A DNA stretch of 39,864 nt from Gammaproteobacteria bacterium (GCA_029880105.1 JAOUPA010000002.1:1-39864), one strand, 5' to 3'; numbered from the stretch's first letter, positions 9,605 to 18,855 are shown. Translations and numbers: made by a program. The notes: generated by a model not told the origin, from the sequence alone.

Positions 9605-10573
9605 ATGGAAAATATTCGCTGGCAGCCGTCAGCCAGTTTACAGGTATTAAAACGAAGGGCTCGGATGTTGCAGGACATACGGGCCTTTTTTGATGCCCGT
9701 GGAGTACTTGAGGTGGAAACGCCCCTGCTGGCCTCGGCGGGAAATACCGACATCCATATCGAGAGTCTGAGCACGGTATTCGGCGACCAGGATTATTACC
9801 TGAATACCTCGCCGGAATTTGCCATGAAGCGCCTGCTGGCAGCGCAGTCGGGGTCAATCTACCAGGTATGCAAGGCATTTCGTGATGATGAGCTGGGGCC
9901 GATGCACAACCCTGAATTCACCATGCTGGAGTGGTATCGCACCGGTTTCGATATGTTTCATTTAATGGACGAGATGGAGGCGCTGGTACTGGCCTTGTCC
10001 AGTGACAGCCCGGTTACGTTTAACCGTTTTAGTTATACACAGGTCTTTGAGTTATACGCGGGGCTGAATCCACATCGGGCCAGTGCCAGTGATTGTCGTG
10101 ATTGTGTGATAGAGCATGGTATTGAGCAGCCTGTAGGTATGGGTGAAAATAAAGATGAATGGCTGGACTGGCTGCTAACACAGATGATATTGCCTGCACT
10201 GCCGTCTGATCAGTTCACCTTTATCCATGATTATCCCGCCAGTCAGTGCGCACTGGCACGTTTGCGAGTTAACGAAGCTGGTGAACAGGTCGCCAGTCGC
10301 TTCGAGCTGTTTTACGGTGGAACAGAGCTGGCCAATGGTTTTCATGAGCTGAGTCAGGCGGGTGAGCAGCGGCAGCGTTTTGAGGGAGATAACAAAATTC
10401 GATTGCTGGAAAATAAACCAGCCGTAAAAATAGATGGGTTGTTTCTCTCCGCCTTGGAAAATGGCCTGCCAGAATGTTCTGGCGTAGCGCTTGGACTGGA
10501 TCGCCTGTTAATGGTGCTGATTAAAAGCACTTTGATTGATGATGTGCTAGCCTTTCCGTGGCAGCGCATCTAA
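9605..10573 (+). CDS. epmA: EF-P-(R)-beta-lysine ligase EpmA (PoxA/GenX, LysRS class II paralog)
   Basis: WQPSASLQVLKRRARMLQDIRAFFDARGVLEVETPLL...TSPEFAMKRLLA...HNPEFTMLEWY closely parallels E. coli EpmA. The start is 9 nt after the efp stop. Confidence 0.93.
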   Translation: MENIRWQPSASLQVLKRRARMLQDIRAFFDARGVLEVETPLLASAGNTDIHIESLSTVFGDQDYYLNTSPEFAMKRLLAAQSGSIYQVCKAFRDDELGPMHNPEFTMLEWYRTGFDMFHLMDEMEALVLALSSDSPVTFNRFSYTQVFELYAGLNPHRASASDCRDCVIEHGIEQPVGMGENKDEWLDWLLTQMILPALPSDQFTFIHDYPASQCALARLRVNEAGEQVASRFELFYGGTELANGFHELSQAGEQRQRFEGDNKIRLLENKPAVKIDGLFLSALENGLPECSGVALGLDRLLMVLIKSTLIDDVLAFPWQRI

Positions 10574-10595
10574 AAATATTATTCGCCAAAAGTTT

Positions 10596-11093
10596 ATGAA
10601 AGAGATTAAAACTGAACAGATTAAAAAGAGTTTGCTTCTGGTTAAGAAAGTAAGCTGTGATAGTGCTGATAAATGCAAACAGTTGTTTGTGACCCGGCTG
10701 ATTCCGCAATCAAAAAAATACACTGTGTTGGGGATAAAAGCCTACAATGAAAAACTGGCGCCAAATATTCAAAAGAGTTCTAAGCTGGTTGCTGATGAGC
10801 TGCTAAAAATACATCAAAAGCAGAACTGGGCAAAACGTTTTGCATTTACCATGATGGACAATTCTGCAGGCCTGGGCATGGCTATGGTCTCAGCCAAACT
10901 GGTTGAGAATTTTGTGGAAGTCAGGGAGTTTGGTAACCTGTGGGGCTTGCTGGCAACACGCCCGGTCGTGAGTGAAACGACTTATGAGGTGTTGAGTTTC
11001 CTGATGGAGTTTTTTGTCGCCCTGATTGCGTTTACGATTACTGAGCACTACCAGGAAGAGTATCGGCAAAAAAAGAACTCAACAATGGAGTGA
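10596..11093 (+). CDS. Hypothetical protein, 165 aa, with a hydrophobic C-terminal half
   Basis: The ORF is on the same strand, 22 nt after epmA and 43 nt before the next gene. No recognisable motifs. It appears AT-richer than the flanking core genes. Confidence 0.5.
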   Translation: MKEIKTEQIKKSLLLVKKVSCDSADKCKQLFVTRLIPQSKKYTVLGIKAYNEKLAPNIQKSSKLVADELLKIHQKQNWAKRFAFTMMDNSAGLGMAMVSAKLVENFVEVREFGNLWGLLATRPVVSETTYEVLSFLMEFFVALIAFTITEHYQEEYRQKKNSTME

Positions 11094-11136
11094 TACTGCT
11101 ATTATCTTTTTATCTGTGCTGATTTAAGAGAGAGTC

Positions 11137-12435
11137 GTGATTAGATACAGGGAAAAAAGGTTAGGTTTTGTTTTTCTTATTGCGCTTACAGTTCTTATAT
11201 CTGCCAGGGCGCTGGCCTCGAACGAACCCGTCTGGTATGGACAGGATGAGAATCACCAGACAGTTATTCATCTTTATTTCTTCTGGTCTGAAAAGTGTCC
11301 CCATTGTCAGCAGGCACTCCCTGATATTGTCGAGCTCGATAAGCAGTTGCCATGGTTAAAACTGCATTCACTTGAACTAATCAATCATCCTGAAAATAGA
11401 CAAACATTTATCGAAATGGCTTCACTGCTGGGTAGTGGTGCGCAGAGTGTGCCGACATTTATGTTCTGTGGTAATTCGATTAGCGGTTATGAAAATAGAA
11501 GAACCACGGGTCAGTTGTTAAGGACCTATTTACAGGCCTGTTATCGTTTTGCGGGTGAAACCAATCCCGATAACACGATGGTGTTTATGCTCGATCCCGA
11601 CGAGTTAACATCTATAGATATCCCTGTTCTTGGACATGTTTCATTAGATGATTATTCCTTGCCGATGATGACTGTCCTTATTGCTGGAATGGATGCATTT
11701 AATCCCTGTGCCTTTTTTGTCCTGCTGTTTTTGTTGAGCATGATGGTACATGGGCGTAGTCGTGGCAGGATGGCTTTGATCGGCGGTGTCTTTGTGTTTT
11801 TCTCCGGGGCTATTTATTTTCTATTTATGGCAGCCTGGTTGAACCTGTTTATCTACCTGGGTGAATTACAATGGATTACCTTGATCGCCGGTATCATTGC
11901 TATTTTTATTGCGCTGATCAATATCAAGGATTTTTTCTGGTTTAAAAAGGGAGTTTCATTGACGATCTCGGATGAGGTAAAACCTTTGCTGTTTGATCGT
12001 ATGCGCGAGCTCTTGCGTCTTAATTCTATTTTTGCCATTGTTTTTGCTACGGTGGTGCTGGCAGTGGTAGCTAATAGCTACGAGCTGCTGTGTACGGCAG
12101 GATTCCCGATGGTGTATACAAGAATTCTGACGCTGGCTTCATTGCCGACAGCAAGCTATTACCTGTATCTGTTGCTGTATAACCTGATTTACATATTACC
12201 GCTGCTGGTTATTGTTATGCTATTCAGCATCAAGCTTGGTTCGCGCAAGTTGAGTGAACAAGAAGGCAGGGTGCTGAAATTGCTTTCGGGCATGATGATG
12301 TTGTTATTGGGGGCTGTGATGGTGCTGGCGCCACAATTGCTAAATAACGTTATAGTGGCGGCAGCGATAATACTTGTTGCTATCAGTGGAACCTGGTTGC
12401 TGGTTAAATTAAAGCGCGAGCTAAAAATAGTTTGA
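11137..12435 (+). CDS. Fusion of a periplasmic thioredoxin-fold domain (CPHC) with a polytopic membrane domain (DsbD/CcdA-like by inference)
   Basis: GTG start. Signal-like N-terminus (RLGFVFLIALTVLISARALA). A CPHC active site with a downstream VPT cis-Pro-type motif. Then about 6-8 hydrophobic helices carrying membrane-embedded Cys in DAFNPCAFF and LLCTAGFP. Confidence 0.7.
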   Translation: MIRYREKRLGFVFLIALTVLISARALASNEPVWYGQDENHQTVIHLYFFWSEKCPHCQQALPDIVELDKQLPWLKLHSLELINHPENRQTFIEMASLLGSGAQSVPTFMFCGNSISGYENRRTTGQLLRTYLQACYRFAGETNPDNTMVFMLDPDELTSIDIPVLGHVSLDDYSLPMMTVLIAGMDAFNPCAFFVLLFLLSMMVHGRSRGRMALIGGVFVFFSGAIYFLFMAAWLNLFIYLGELQWITLIAGIIAIFIALINIKDFFWFKKGVSLTISDEVKPLLFDRMRELLRLNSIFAIVFATVVLAVVANSYELLCTAGFPMVYTRILTLASLPTASYYLYLLLYNLIYILPLLVIVMLFSIKLGSRKLSEQEGRVLKLLSGMMMLLLGAVMVLAPQLLNNVIVAAAIILVAISGTWLLVKLKRELKIV

Positions 12436-12449
12436 TACCCAGTTAATTA

Positions 12450-12635
12450 CTACAGGGCCTTGCTTTTTGTTTTGTTACATCGGCAGCAACGAAACACAGT
12501 TACTAGCTTTCCCTGTTTCACATCGAACTGCTTCTCCCTGTCGACAACCCACTTGTGGTGGCCGCTCTGGCACATAAATTTTCCTTTATGCTTTTCCGAG
12601 GGCTTGGGACGCTTGAAGGGCAGGATGTTACTCAT
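12450..12635 (-). CDS. Small basic zinc-ribbon-like protein, 61 aa
   Basis: MSNILPFKRPKPSEKHKGKFMCQSGHHKW...VFRCCRCNKTKSKAL has a C-x3-HH ... CCxC arrangement. Its ATG overlaps the stop of the upstream DUF1456 gene (ATGAGTAA). Confidence 0.55.
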   Translation of the reverse strand: MSNILPFKRPKPSEKHKGKFMCQSGHHKWVVDREKQFDVKQGKLVTVFRCCRCNKTKSKAL

Positions 12636-13152
12636 GGCCTGACTCCTGCTTCTGTTCTGGTATTTTCCATTTAAAGCCTTCTTTCAGGCGTGCATGGGTG
12701 CGATATTTCAGCTGCAGGCCTTTCAGGAATTTACGTAACACCTGGTCTTTACACTCGCGATAGTGTTTGTGGTCGGGCTTGCGGAAAAATGCACTAAGTT
12801 CATGTTTACTTATCTCAAAATCAGCCAGATTCATGATGGCCAGCATATCGTCATCTTTCATATTCAGGGCAATTTTTAATTTCCTGAAGACAATATTGTT
12901 GTTCAGGTGTTTTTCCGGCTCGGGCTGTACGCCTTCTTTCTTACCGCGTTTGTCATTAATCAGGCCATTCAGGAATGTGGTTAACTCAATGTCGCGACAC
13001 CTTTGATACGCGGGGTCATCATCCTGTTTTAACCAGTCACTGATCTGGGCTCTCGTTACCTGGGCGTTGGCCAGGGCAAAGATCGAGATCATCCTGGAAT
13101 CACTGAGATCGAAAATGTAGCGGATACGTCGCAGAATGTCGTTATTAGTCAC
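12628..13152 (-). CDS. DUF1456 family protein (YehS-like)
   Basis: MTNNDILRRIRYIFDLSD...QISDWLKQDDDPAYQRCRDIELTTFLNGLINDKRGKK, followed by a second similar repeat. This resembles E. coli YehS, which has two DUF1456 repeats. Confidence 0.8.
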   Translation of the reverse strand: MTNNDILRRIRYIFDLSDSRMISIFALANAQVTRAQISDWLKQDDDPAYQRCRDIELTTFLNGLINDKRGKKEGVQPEPEKHLNNNIVFRKLKIALNMKDDDMLAIMNLADFEISKHELSAFFRKPDHKHYRECKDQVLRKFLKGLQLKYRTHARLKEGFKWKIPEQKQESGHE

Positions 13153-13386
13153 TTTGTCTCTCTAGTATCAGGAAGGGTGAATAGTTTAGCTTAAGGCGGG
13201 TCGCAGTGCAGAATCGGCCAAAGAGGTTAAGGCGCTGGTTCAGCAGGCCGCCGGCAGTCAGGCCATGACAGACAAGACCGGATTGCTGTCTGGACTGGAA
13301 CTACAGTTCATGCTGGAAAATTAATTAATTCGTCTACAGGGGTATTTGCATACAGGGACGTATGCATGCCTGTTCCTTTGCATTAA

Positions 13387-14247
13387 TCAGTTAGTATAGA
13401 TCCCGAGGCGTTGCCCCAGTTTTACCGGTGTACCCGCAGTCATTGCTGTATCGAGTTTGAATTTCTCAGTGGCCAGAACAATCACCGTTGAACCAAGGTT
13501 GAATCGCCCCATTTCCGCGCCACGCTCCAGTTTGACTTCGCCTTTTTTATAATCAAAACGTTTGAGCTTTTTGTTTTCACTGGTGACCAGTCCGTGCCAA
13601 ACGGTTTCGGTGGCAGAGACATTAATTGCACCTACCAGAATCATCACCATCGGGCCGTGTTCAGTATCGAAAAAACAGGCGACACGTTCGTTGCGCGCAA
13701 ACAGGCGTGGTACGGTTTTTACCGTATGGTCGGCGACACTAAATAAGCGCCCTGGAATGTAAACCATACTGGTTAGGTCACCACCAATCGGCATATGAAT
13801 TCGATGGTAGTCCCTGGGCGAAAGATAGATGGTGGCGAAGTTGCCATTCTGAAAAGGCGCGGCCAGTTTTTCATCGCCACCGACCAGTTCCAGTAAACTG
13901 TAGTCGTGGCCCTTTGCCTGAAATACGCGACCATTTTCAATTTTTTTCGCCTGACTGACAGCACCATCTACCGGGCACAGCCATGAGTTCTTAGTGCTAT
14001 CAAAGGGACGACACTCGGGTTTCAGGGCGCGGGTAAAAAAGGCATTCAGGTTTTCGTAGGCAAACATGTCTTCTTCAACCGCTTCTTCCATTTTTACCGT
14101 ATTGAGCTTTGTGTAATTTTTAATGATGAAGTTTTTAGTCGGACGATGCTTAATGCGCGCGAGTTTAAATATCAGCCACGATATGCCGTGGTGTGGTAAA
14201 AAATAAAAAGGCGTGGATTTAAGGTAATCGCTAAGTGATGCTTTCAT
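13387..14247 (-). CDS. psd: Phosphatidylserine decarboxylase proenzyme
   Basis: FFTRALKPECRP...YLSPRDYHRIHMP...GRFNLGSTVIV contains the LGST self-cleavage motif. I chose ATG 14245-14247 (MKASLSDYLK) because the longer track ORF (to 14355) overlaps the upstream gene. Confidence 0.92.
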   Translation of the reverse strand: MKASLSDYLKSTPFYFLPHHGISWLIFKLARIKHRPTKNFIIKNYTKLNTVKMEEAVEEDMFAYENLNAFFTRALKPECRPFDSTKNSWLCPVDGAVSQAKKIENGRVFQAKGHDYSLLELVGGDEKLAAPFQNGNFATIYLSPRDYHRIHMPIGGDLTSMVYIPGRLFSVADHTVKTVPRLFARNERVACFFDTEHGPMVMILVGAINVSATETVWHGLVTSENKKLKRFDYKKGEVKLERGAEMGRFNLGSTVIVLATEKFKLDTAMTAGTPVKLGQRLGIYTN

Positions 14248-14248
14248 A

Positions 14249-14710
14249 TTAGTGGTGCATGTGTGAGCTATGATCCATCTGCTGCTTTTTAACAGGCACA
14301 TTAAGATTAATAATGTCGCCATTCTCAAGTTTAAGATCAAGAACCACCTGATCACCGGCTTTTAATTTTTTAACAGGATTAAACAGCATGATGTGATGAC
14401 TGCCCGCTTTTAATACCAGGTTGCCTTTAGCGGGTATAGTCAACGTGCTCATGTGCTCCATTTTTGCCATATCATCTTCATGTTTAGTCTGGTGAAAAGA
14501 AATGCTCTTGAAGCTGCTGGATGTGGCTGAAATAATTTTTGTAATCTGGTCACTGGCATTGTTTATCGTCATATACGCGACCATAACGCTGCTTGATGGT
14601 GGTGCTTCAGCAATCCACACGTTTTCAAAAGTAAGAGTGGATTCAGCGATTGCGGTCTGGCTTAAAAGGAAAGAGGTAAAAAACAGAACTATAAGTCGAT
14701 ATGGTTTCAT
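14249..14710 (-). CDS. Periplasmic copper chaperone PCu(A)C (DUF461) with a His-rich C-terminus
   Basis: Signal peptide (LFFTSFLLSQTAIA-ES). H/M copper motifs are FHQTKHEDDMAKMEHM ... GSHHIML. The tail reads DHSSHMHH. The stop is 1 nt from the psd ATG. Confidence 0.8.
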   Translation of the reverse strand: MKPYRLIVLFFTSFLLSQTAIAESTLTFENVWIAEAPPSSSVMVAYMTINNASDQITKIISATSSSFKSISFHQTKHEDDMAKMEHMSTLTIPAKGNLVLKAGSHHIMLFNPVKKLKAGDQVVLDLKLENGDIINLNVPVKKQQMDHSSHMHH

Positions 14711-14821
14711 TGGTTGAGTCCTCGTTATTGAGGTTCGGATTATAGGTGCTGGCAGGCTAACTGGAAAGTATCAAAAATTTTCATTTGTGCAGGAAGCACC
14801 GGGAACCGCTAAAATGCCGGC

Positions 14822-15748
14822 ATGGCGATAAATATCAATGAACTGGCAAAAGAGCTAATCACGTTACGCGACTGTATCCGCTGGGGCATGAGCGCCTTTA
14901 ATGCTGCCGAGCTGACTTTTGTCCAAGGTATGCCGACGGCGCTGGACGAGGCAGTGTATCTCTGTCTGGCCGCACTCAACCTGCCACCGGATTTCAGTGA
15001 GAATTATTTCGACTGTCGATTAACCCTGGCTGAGCGTAAGGCTGTGCTGGATTATTACCGGCAACGTATCGAGTTGAAGAAGCCAGCGGCATACATTAGC
15101 AACGAGGCCTGGTTTGCGGGCCTGAGTTTTTATGTTGATGAGCGTGTACTAATTCCACGTTCGCCGTTTGCCGAGCTGATCGAGCAGCAGTTCTCACCCT
15201 GGGTAATGGATGAAGAGGTGGACAATATTCTGGAGCTATGTACCGGCAGCGGCTGTATTGCCATCGCCTGTGCCTATGCCTTCGAACATGCCAATGTGGT
15301 TGCCAGCGATATTTCTGCTGATGCGCTGGCCGTGGCTGAAATCAATCGCCATAACCATGGTCTCGAAGACAGGCTGGAACTGGTGCAGTCTGACCTGTTT
15401 GAAAATGTGCCGAATCGAAAATACGACCTGATCGTCAGCAATCCGCCTTATATCTCTGAACAGGAAATGGCTGAACTTAGCGATGAACTGAAGCGAGAAC
15501 CAGCACTGGGGCTGGCAGCGGGTGAACAGGGGCTGGATGTCGTTATTCCCATATTGAAGCAGGCGCGTCAGTTCCTCTCAGATAATGGTGTGCTGATTGT
15601 TGAAGTTGGCTACTCATGGCCTGTACTGGAGGCAGCCTTGCCGAATGTGCCACTGACCTGGCTGGATTTTGAGTACGGCGGTGATGGCGTGTTCATGCTC
15701 ACGGCGGAGCAACTCGATGCGCATCAGGATGATTTTGATGCGCTTTGA
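14822..15748 (+). CDS. prmB: 50S ribosomal protein L3 glutamine N5-methyltransferase
   Basis: HemK/PrmB-like sequence with an SAM motif (ILELCTGSGCIAIA) and the NPPY catalytic motif (IVSNPPYI). Adjacent to aroC, as in E. coli. Confidence 0.88.
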   Translation: MAININELAKELITLRDCIRWGMSAFNAAELTFVQGMPTALDEAVYLCLAALNLPPDFSENYFDCRLTLAERKAVLDYYRQRIELKKPAAYISNEAWFAGLSFYVDERVLIPRSPFAELIEQQFSPWVMDEEVDNILELCTGSGCIAIACAYAFEHANVVASDISADALAVAEINRHNHGLEDRLELVQSDLFENVPNRKYDLIVSNPPYISEQEMAELSDELKREPALGLAAGEQGLDVVIPILKQARQFLSDNGVLIVEVGYSWPVLEAALPNVPLTWLDFEYGGDGVFMLTAEQLDAHQDDFDAL

Positions 15749-15812
15749 GTGGTAATATCAGCAGCTCTATAAATAAAGCGACAAAACAATAACGAAAAAG
15801 CGATTTAGTCTT

Positions 15813-16913
15813 ATGTCAGGCAATACCATTGGAAAACTTTTTACCGTCACCACCAGTGGCGAATCCCACGGCCCGGCCCTGCTGGGCATCGTCGATGGTT
15901 GCCCACCCGGCCTGGAGATCAGCGAGGCCGATCTACAGGTTGAACTGGATCGCCGCAAACCCGGTACTTCTCGCCATACTACGCAGCGCCGCGAGCCTGA
16001 TGAAGTCAAAATTTTATCCGGTGTGTTTGAGGGAAAAACCACCGGCTGTAGCATTGGCCTGATGATCGAAAACGTAGATCAGCGTTCCAAGGACTATGGC
16101 GACATTATGAACACCTTCCGTCCCGGTCACGCCGATTACACCTATCAGCAGAAATATGGTTTCCGTGATTATCGTGGTGGCGGTCGTTCATCTGCACGTG
16201 AAACCGCGATGCGTGTCGCCGCCGGTGCCATTGCCAAAAAATACCTGGCTGACCGTTATGGCATCAAGATTTACGGTTACCTCTCACAGCTTGGCCCGAT
16301 CGCAATTGAAAACATCGATCTCGATGAGATCCACAATAATCCTTTCTTCTGTCCCGATGCCAGCAAGGTTGCTGAGATGGAGGCCTATATGGATGCACTG
16401 CGCAAGGAAGGTAATTCGGTTGGCGCCAAAATCACGACCGTGGCTGAAGGCGTGCCACCGGGTCTAGGTGAGCCGGTATTTGATCGTCTTGATGCCGACA
16501 TCGCGCAGTCGATGATGGGTATTAATGCCGCCAAGGGCGTGGAGATTGGTGACGGTTTTGCCTGTGTCGCTGCTAAGGGTACCGAGTTCCGTGACGAGAT
16601 TACCCCCGAAGGCTTTCTCAGTAACCACATGGGTGGCGTGCTCGGTGGTATTTCTTCCGGCCAGGCCATTGTCGTGCATACGGCATTCAAACCTACTTCC
16701 AGCATGCGCCTACCGGGCCGATCTATTGATATCCATGGCCAGCCTACTGAGGTAGTTACCAAAGGTCGTCACGATCCCTGTGTCGGCATCCGTGCCACAC
16801 CAATCTGTGAGGCCATGCTCGCGATTACCCTGATGGATCACATGATGCGATTCAGGGCGCAGTGCGGTGATGTCAAGTCAAAGACGCCAGTTATTCCTGC
16901 TAGTCCTGAATAG
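15813..16913 (+). CDS. aroC: Chorismate synthase
   Basis: [34 protein letters not shown]...[20 protein letters not shown]...GRHDPCVG are canonical AroC motifs. Confidence 0.96.
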   Translation: MSGNTIGKLFTVTTSGESHGPALLGIVDGCPPGLEISEADLQVELDRRKPGTSRHTTQRREPDEVKILSGVFEGKTTGCSIGLMIENVDQRSKDYGDIMNTFRPGHADYTYQQKYGFRDYRGGGRSSARETAMRVAAGAIAKKYLADRYGIKIYGYLSQLGPIAIENIDLDEIHNNPFFCPDASKVAEMEAYMDALRKEGNSVGAKITTVAEGVPPGLGEPVFDRLDADIAQSMMGINAAKGVEIGDGFACVAAKGTEFRDEITPEGFLSNHMGGVLGGISSGQAIVVHTAFKPTSSMRLPGRSIDIHGQPTEVVTKGRHDPCVGIRATPICEAMLAITLMDHMMRFRAQCGDVKSKTPVIPASPE

Positions 16914-16935
16914 TGTTGTTGGTGCTATTTTGTAG

Positions 16936-18090
16936 ATGAACAACCAGTCTAGTGAAATACCCTACTGGCGACTGAGCAGTTTCTACTTCTTTTACTTCGC
17001 TTCACTGGGTGCGCTGGTGCCCTACTGGAGTCTTTATCTAAAAGATCTGGGTTTTGGTGCACAGGCCATCGGCACGCTGATTGCCTTTCTGCCGGCAACC
17101 AAAATTTTTGCGCCCTATATCTGGGGCTGGCTGGCTGATCATAGCCAGCGTCCCATTACCATTATCCGTATCGCCAACCTGTTAGCCGTGGTTGCTTTTG
17201 CCGGTGTCTTTCTGGGTAGTAGTTACTGGTGGTTGGCGGCTGTCATGTTTATGTTTAGCTTTTTCTGGAACTCGTCACTGCCGCAGTTCGAAGCCACCAC
17301 GCTCAACCATCTTCAGGAAAAAACACATCGCTACAGCAATATCCGGCTTTGGGGTTCGCTGGGCTTTATTTTTATGGTTGTTGGCCTGGGTGAATTTTTC
17401 CAGGGTCACGATATCGACTGGTTACCGAAGATTATTTTTGTATTACTCGCAGCAATATTTGTCGTCAGCCTGATTGTGCCCGAGCGAGTACAGGTTGAGC
17501 ACGAACAGCAGGCACACATTATTAGCGTGGTGCGCCAGCCGGTAGTGCTGGCGTTTCTCGCGGTGTGTTTTTTAATGGTGCTTAGTCACGGGCCTTATTA
17601 CACCTTCTACAGTATTTATCTTGAAGACCACGGTTATAGTCGTCGTTTCATCGGTATCTTCTGGGCTGTGGGTGTTATTGCTGAAGTCGTTATTTTTCTG
17701 TTGATGCATCGCGTTATCCCGGTTGTTGGTGTTCGTGTTTTACTATTGGTTACACTGGCATTCACCGCCTTACGTTGGTTATTAATTGGTTTTTTTCCTG
17801 ACAACACCCCCGTATTATTGTTTGCGCAGCTGTTCCATGCCTTCAGTTTTGGCGTATTTCACGCCGTAGGCATTTTACTGGTGCACCAGTTTTTTAAGGG
17901 CAAACACCAGGGCCGAGGGCAGGCGCTCTATGCAAGTCTGAGTTTTGGTGTTGGTGGCGCTGTTGGCAGCCTGATGAGTGGTGTGTTGTGGGATCGGATT
18001 GATCATTCAAGCCTGTTTACCCTAGCAGCAGTGGCCGCGTTGCTGGCCTGGGTGATTGTCTGGCGGTTTATGCGAGTCAAAATACGTTAG
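16936..18090 (+). CDS. MFS transporter (MFS_1_like, 3-phenylpropionate/nucleoside:H+ symporter-like family)
   Basis: 384 aa with about 12 hydrophobic helices. The N-terminus YWRLSSFYFFYFASLGALVPYWSLYLKDLGF is typical of this MFS subfamily. Confidence 0.75.
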   Translation: MNNQSSEIPYWRLSSFYFFYFASLGALVPYWSLYLKDLGFGAQAIGTLIAFLPATKIFAPYIWGWLADHSQRPITIIRIANLLAVVAFAGVFLGSSYWWLAAVMFMFSFFWNSSLPQFEATTLNHLQEKTHRYSNIRLWGSLGFIFMVVGLGEFFQGHDIDWLPKIIFVLLAAIFVVSLIVPERVQVEHEQQAHIISVVRQPVVLAFLAVCFLMVLSHGPYYTFYSIYLEDHGYSRRFIGIFWAVGVIAEVVIFLLMHRVIPVVGVRVLLLVTLAFTALRWLLIGFFPDNTPVLLFAQLFHAFSFGVFHAVGILLVHQFFKGKHQGRGQALYASLSFGVGGAVGSLMSGVLWDRIDHSSLFTLAAVAALLAWVIVWRFMRVKIR

Positions 18091-18137
18091 CTTTATACTC
18101 TTGAGGTAAATGCTCAATTTTCATTAGAGCGTATAAA

Positions 18138-18803
18138 TTATTCCTGGATTAAATCTTTAATAAGCGATTCAAGATGATCTGCTCGACCAAATGAGACATC
18201 TCTCAATATTCCCCGTTTATCAATCAGAATATATGAAGGTGTGCCCTGCAATTGATATGTTTCAAAAGTTAGCGCGTTGTGGGTCTTTGCTTTTAAATAG
18301 TCGATTGCCTGTTTTTGAATCGGCCTTTTCTTTTCTTCTGGCCAGTTGTTGTAATCGGGTATCTGGCTTTCGATAAATGTGAGTATTTTTTCTTCAGTGA
18401 TGGGTTCCTTGTTTTCAATAAGCTTATCCATGGCGACAGGAAATGGCAAGCCGTAGTTGAGCTTGTTGTTTTTTATCAGATCAGTGTTGACTAATTGTTT
18501 TAGTGGCTCGCCGGCGACTTCGCCCTTTTCAATCAGGCGTTGTAAATTTTCCAGCGTGTTATGTTCAAAGTGCTCAAATGCGGTGGCTACACCGAGCACG
18601 GTGAAGCCATCCTGTGCAAAGAGTTCATGTAGGCGAATCGCTTCGGGCAGGGAGTGGACGAAACAGCCGGTGCAGTTGACCTGAAAGACTTCGATCAGGA
18701 TGACCTTGCCAAGATGGTCACTAAGGTTGCTGGCTTTCCCCTGTACCCATGTTTCCAGTTGAAGCTCAGGTGCGGGCTGGCCGATACGTGCGATGGTTTT
18801 CAT
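18138..18803 (-). CDS. Thioredoxin-fold redoxin (AhpC/TSA-TlpA-like) with a CTGC active site, no signal peptide
   Basis: GQPAPELQLETWVQGK...GKVILIEVFQVNCTGCFVHSLPE...GTPSYILIDKRGIL shows a redoxin layout with an insertion of about 70-80 aa. Confidence 0.7.
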   Translation of the reverse strand: MKTIARIGQPAPELQLETWVQGKASNLSDHLGKVILIEVFQVNCTGCFVHSLPEAIRLHELFAQDGFTVLGVATAFEHFEHNTLENLQRLIEKGEVAGEPLKQLVNTDLIKNNKLNYGLPFPVAMDKLIENKEPITEEKILTFIESQIPDYNNWPEEKKRPIQKQAIDYLKAKTHNALTFETYQLQGTPSYILIDKRGILRDVSFGRADHLESLIKDLIQE

Positions 18804-18855
18804 CTCTTTAAATTATGGTGTAGTGTTAAGTGTCTCTCATAACATAGGCTGCATT

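Noticed and set aside
14248-14355. N-terminal extension of the psd track ORF (322 aa, starting at 14355)
   Set aside because: The extension overlaps the 3' end of the PCu(A)C gene and looks like non-protein sequence. Homology-like sequence begins at MKASLSDYLK (ATG 14245-14247).
16385-16762. Antisense and off-frame ORFs within aroC (16385-16762, 16464-16679, 16156-16467, 16525-16755)
   Set aside because: They arise from GC-rich codon structure in a highly conserved gene. They show no independent signals.
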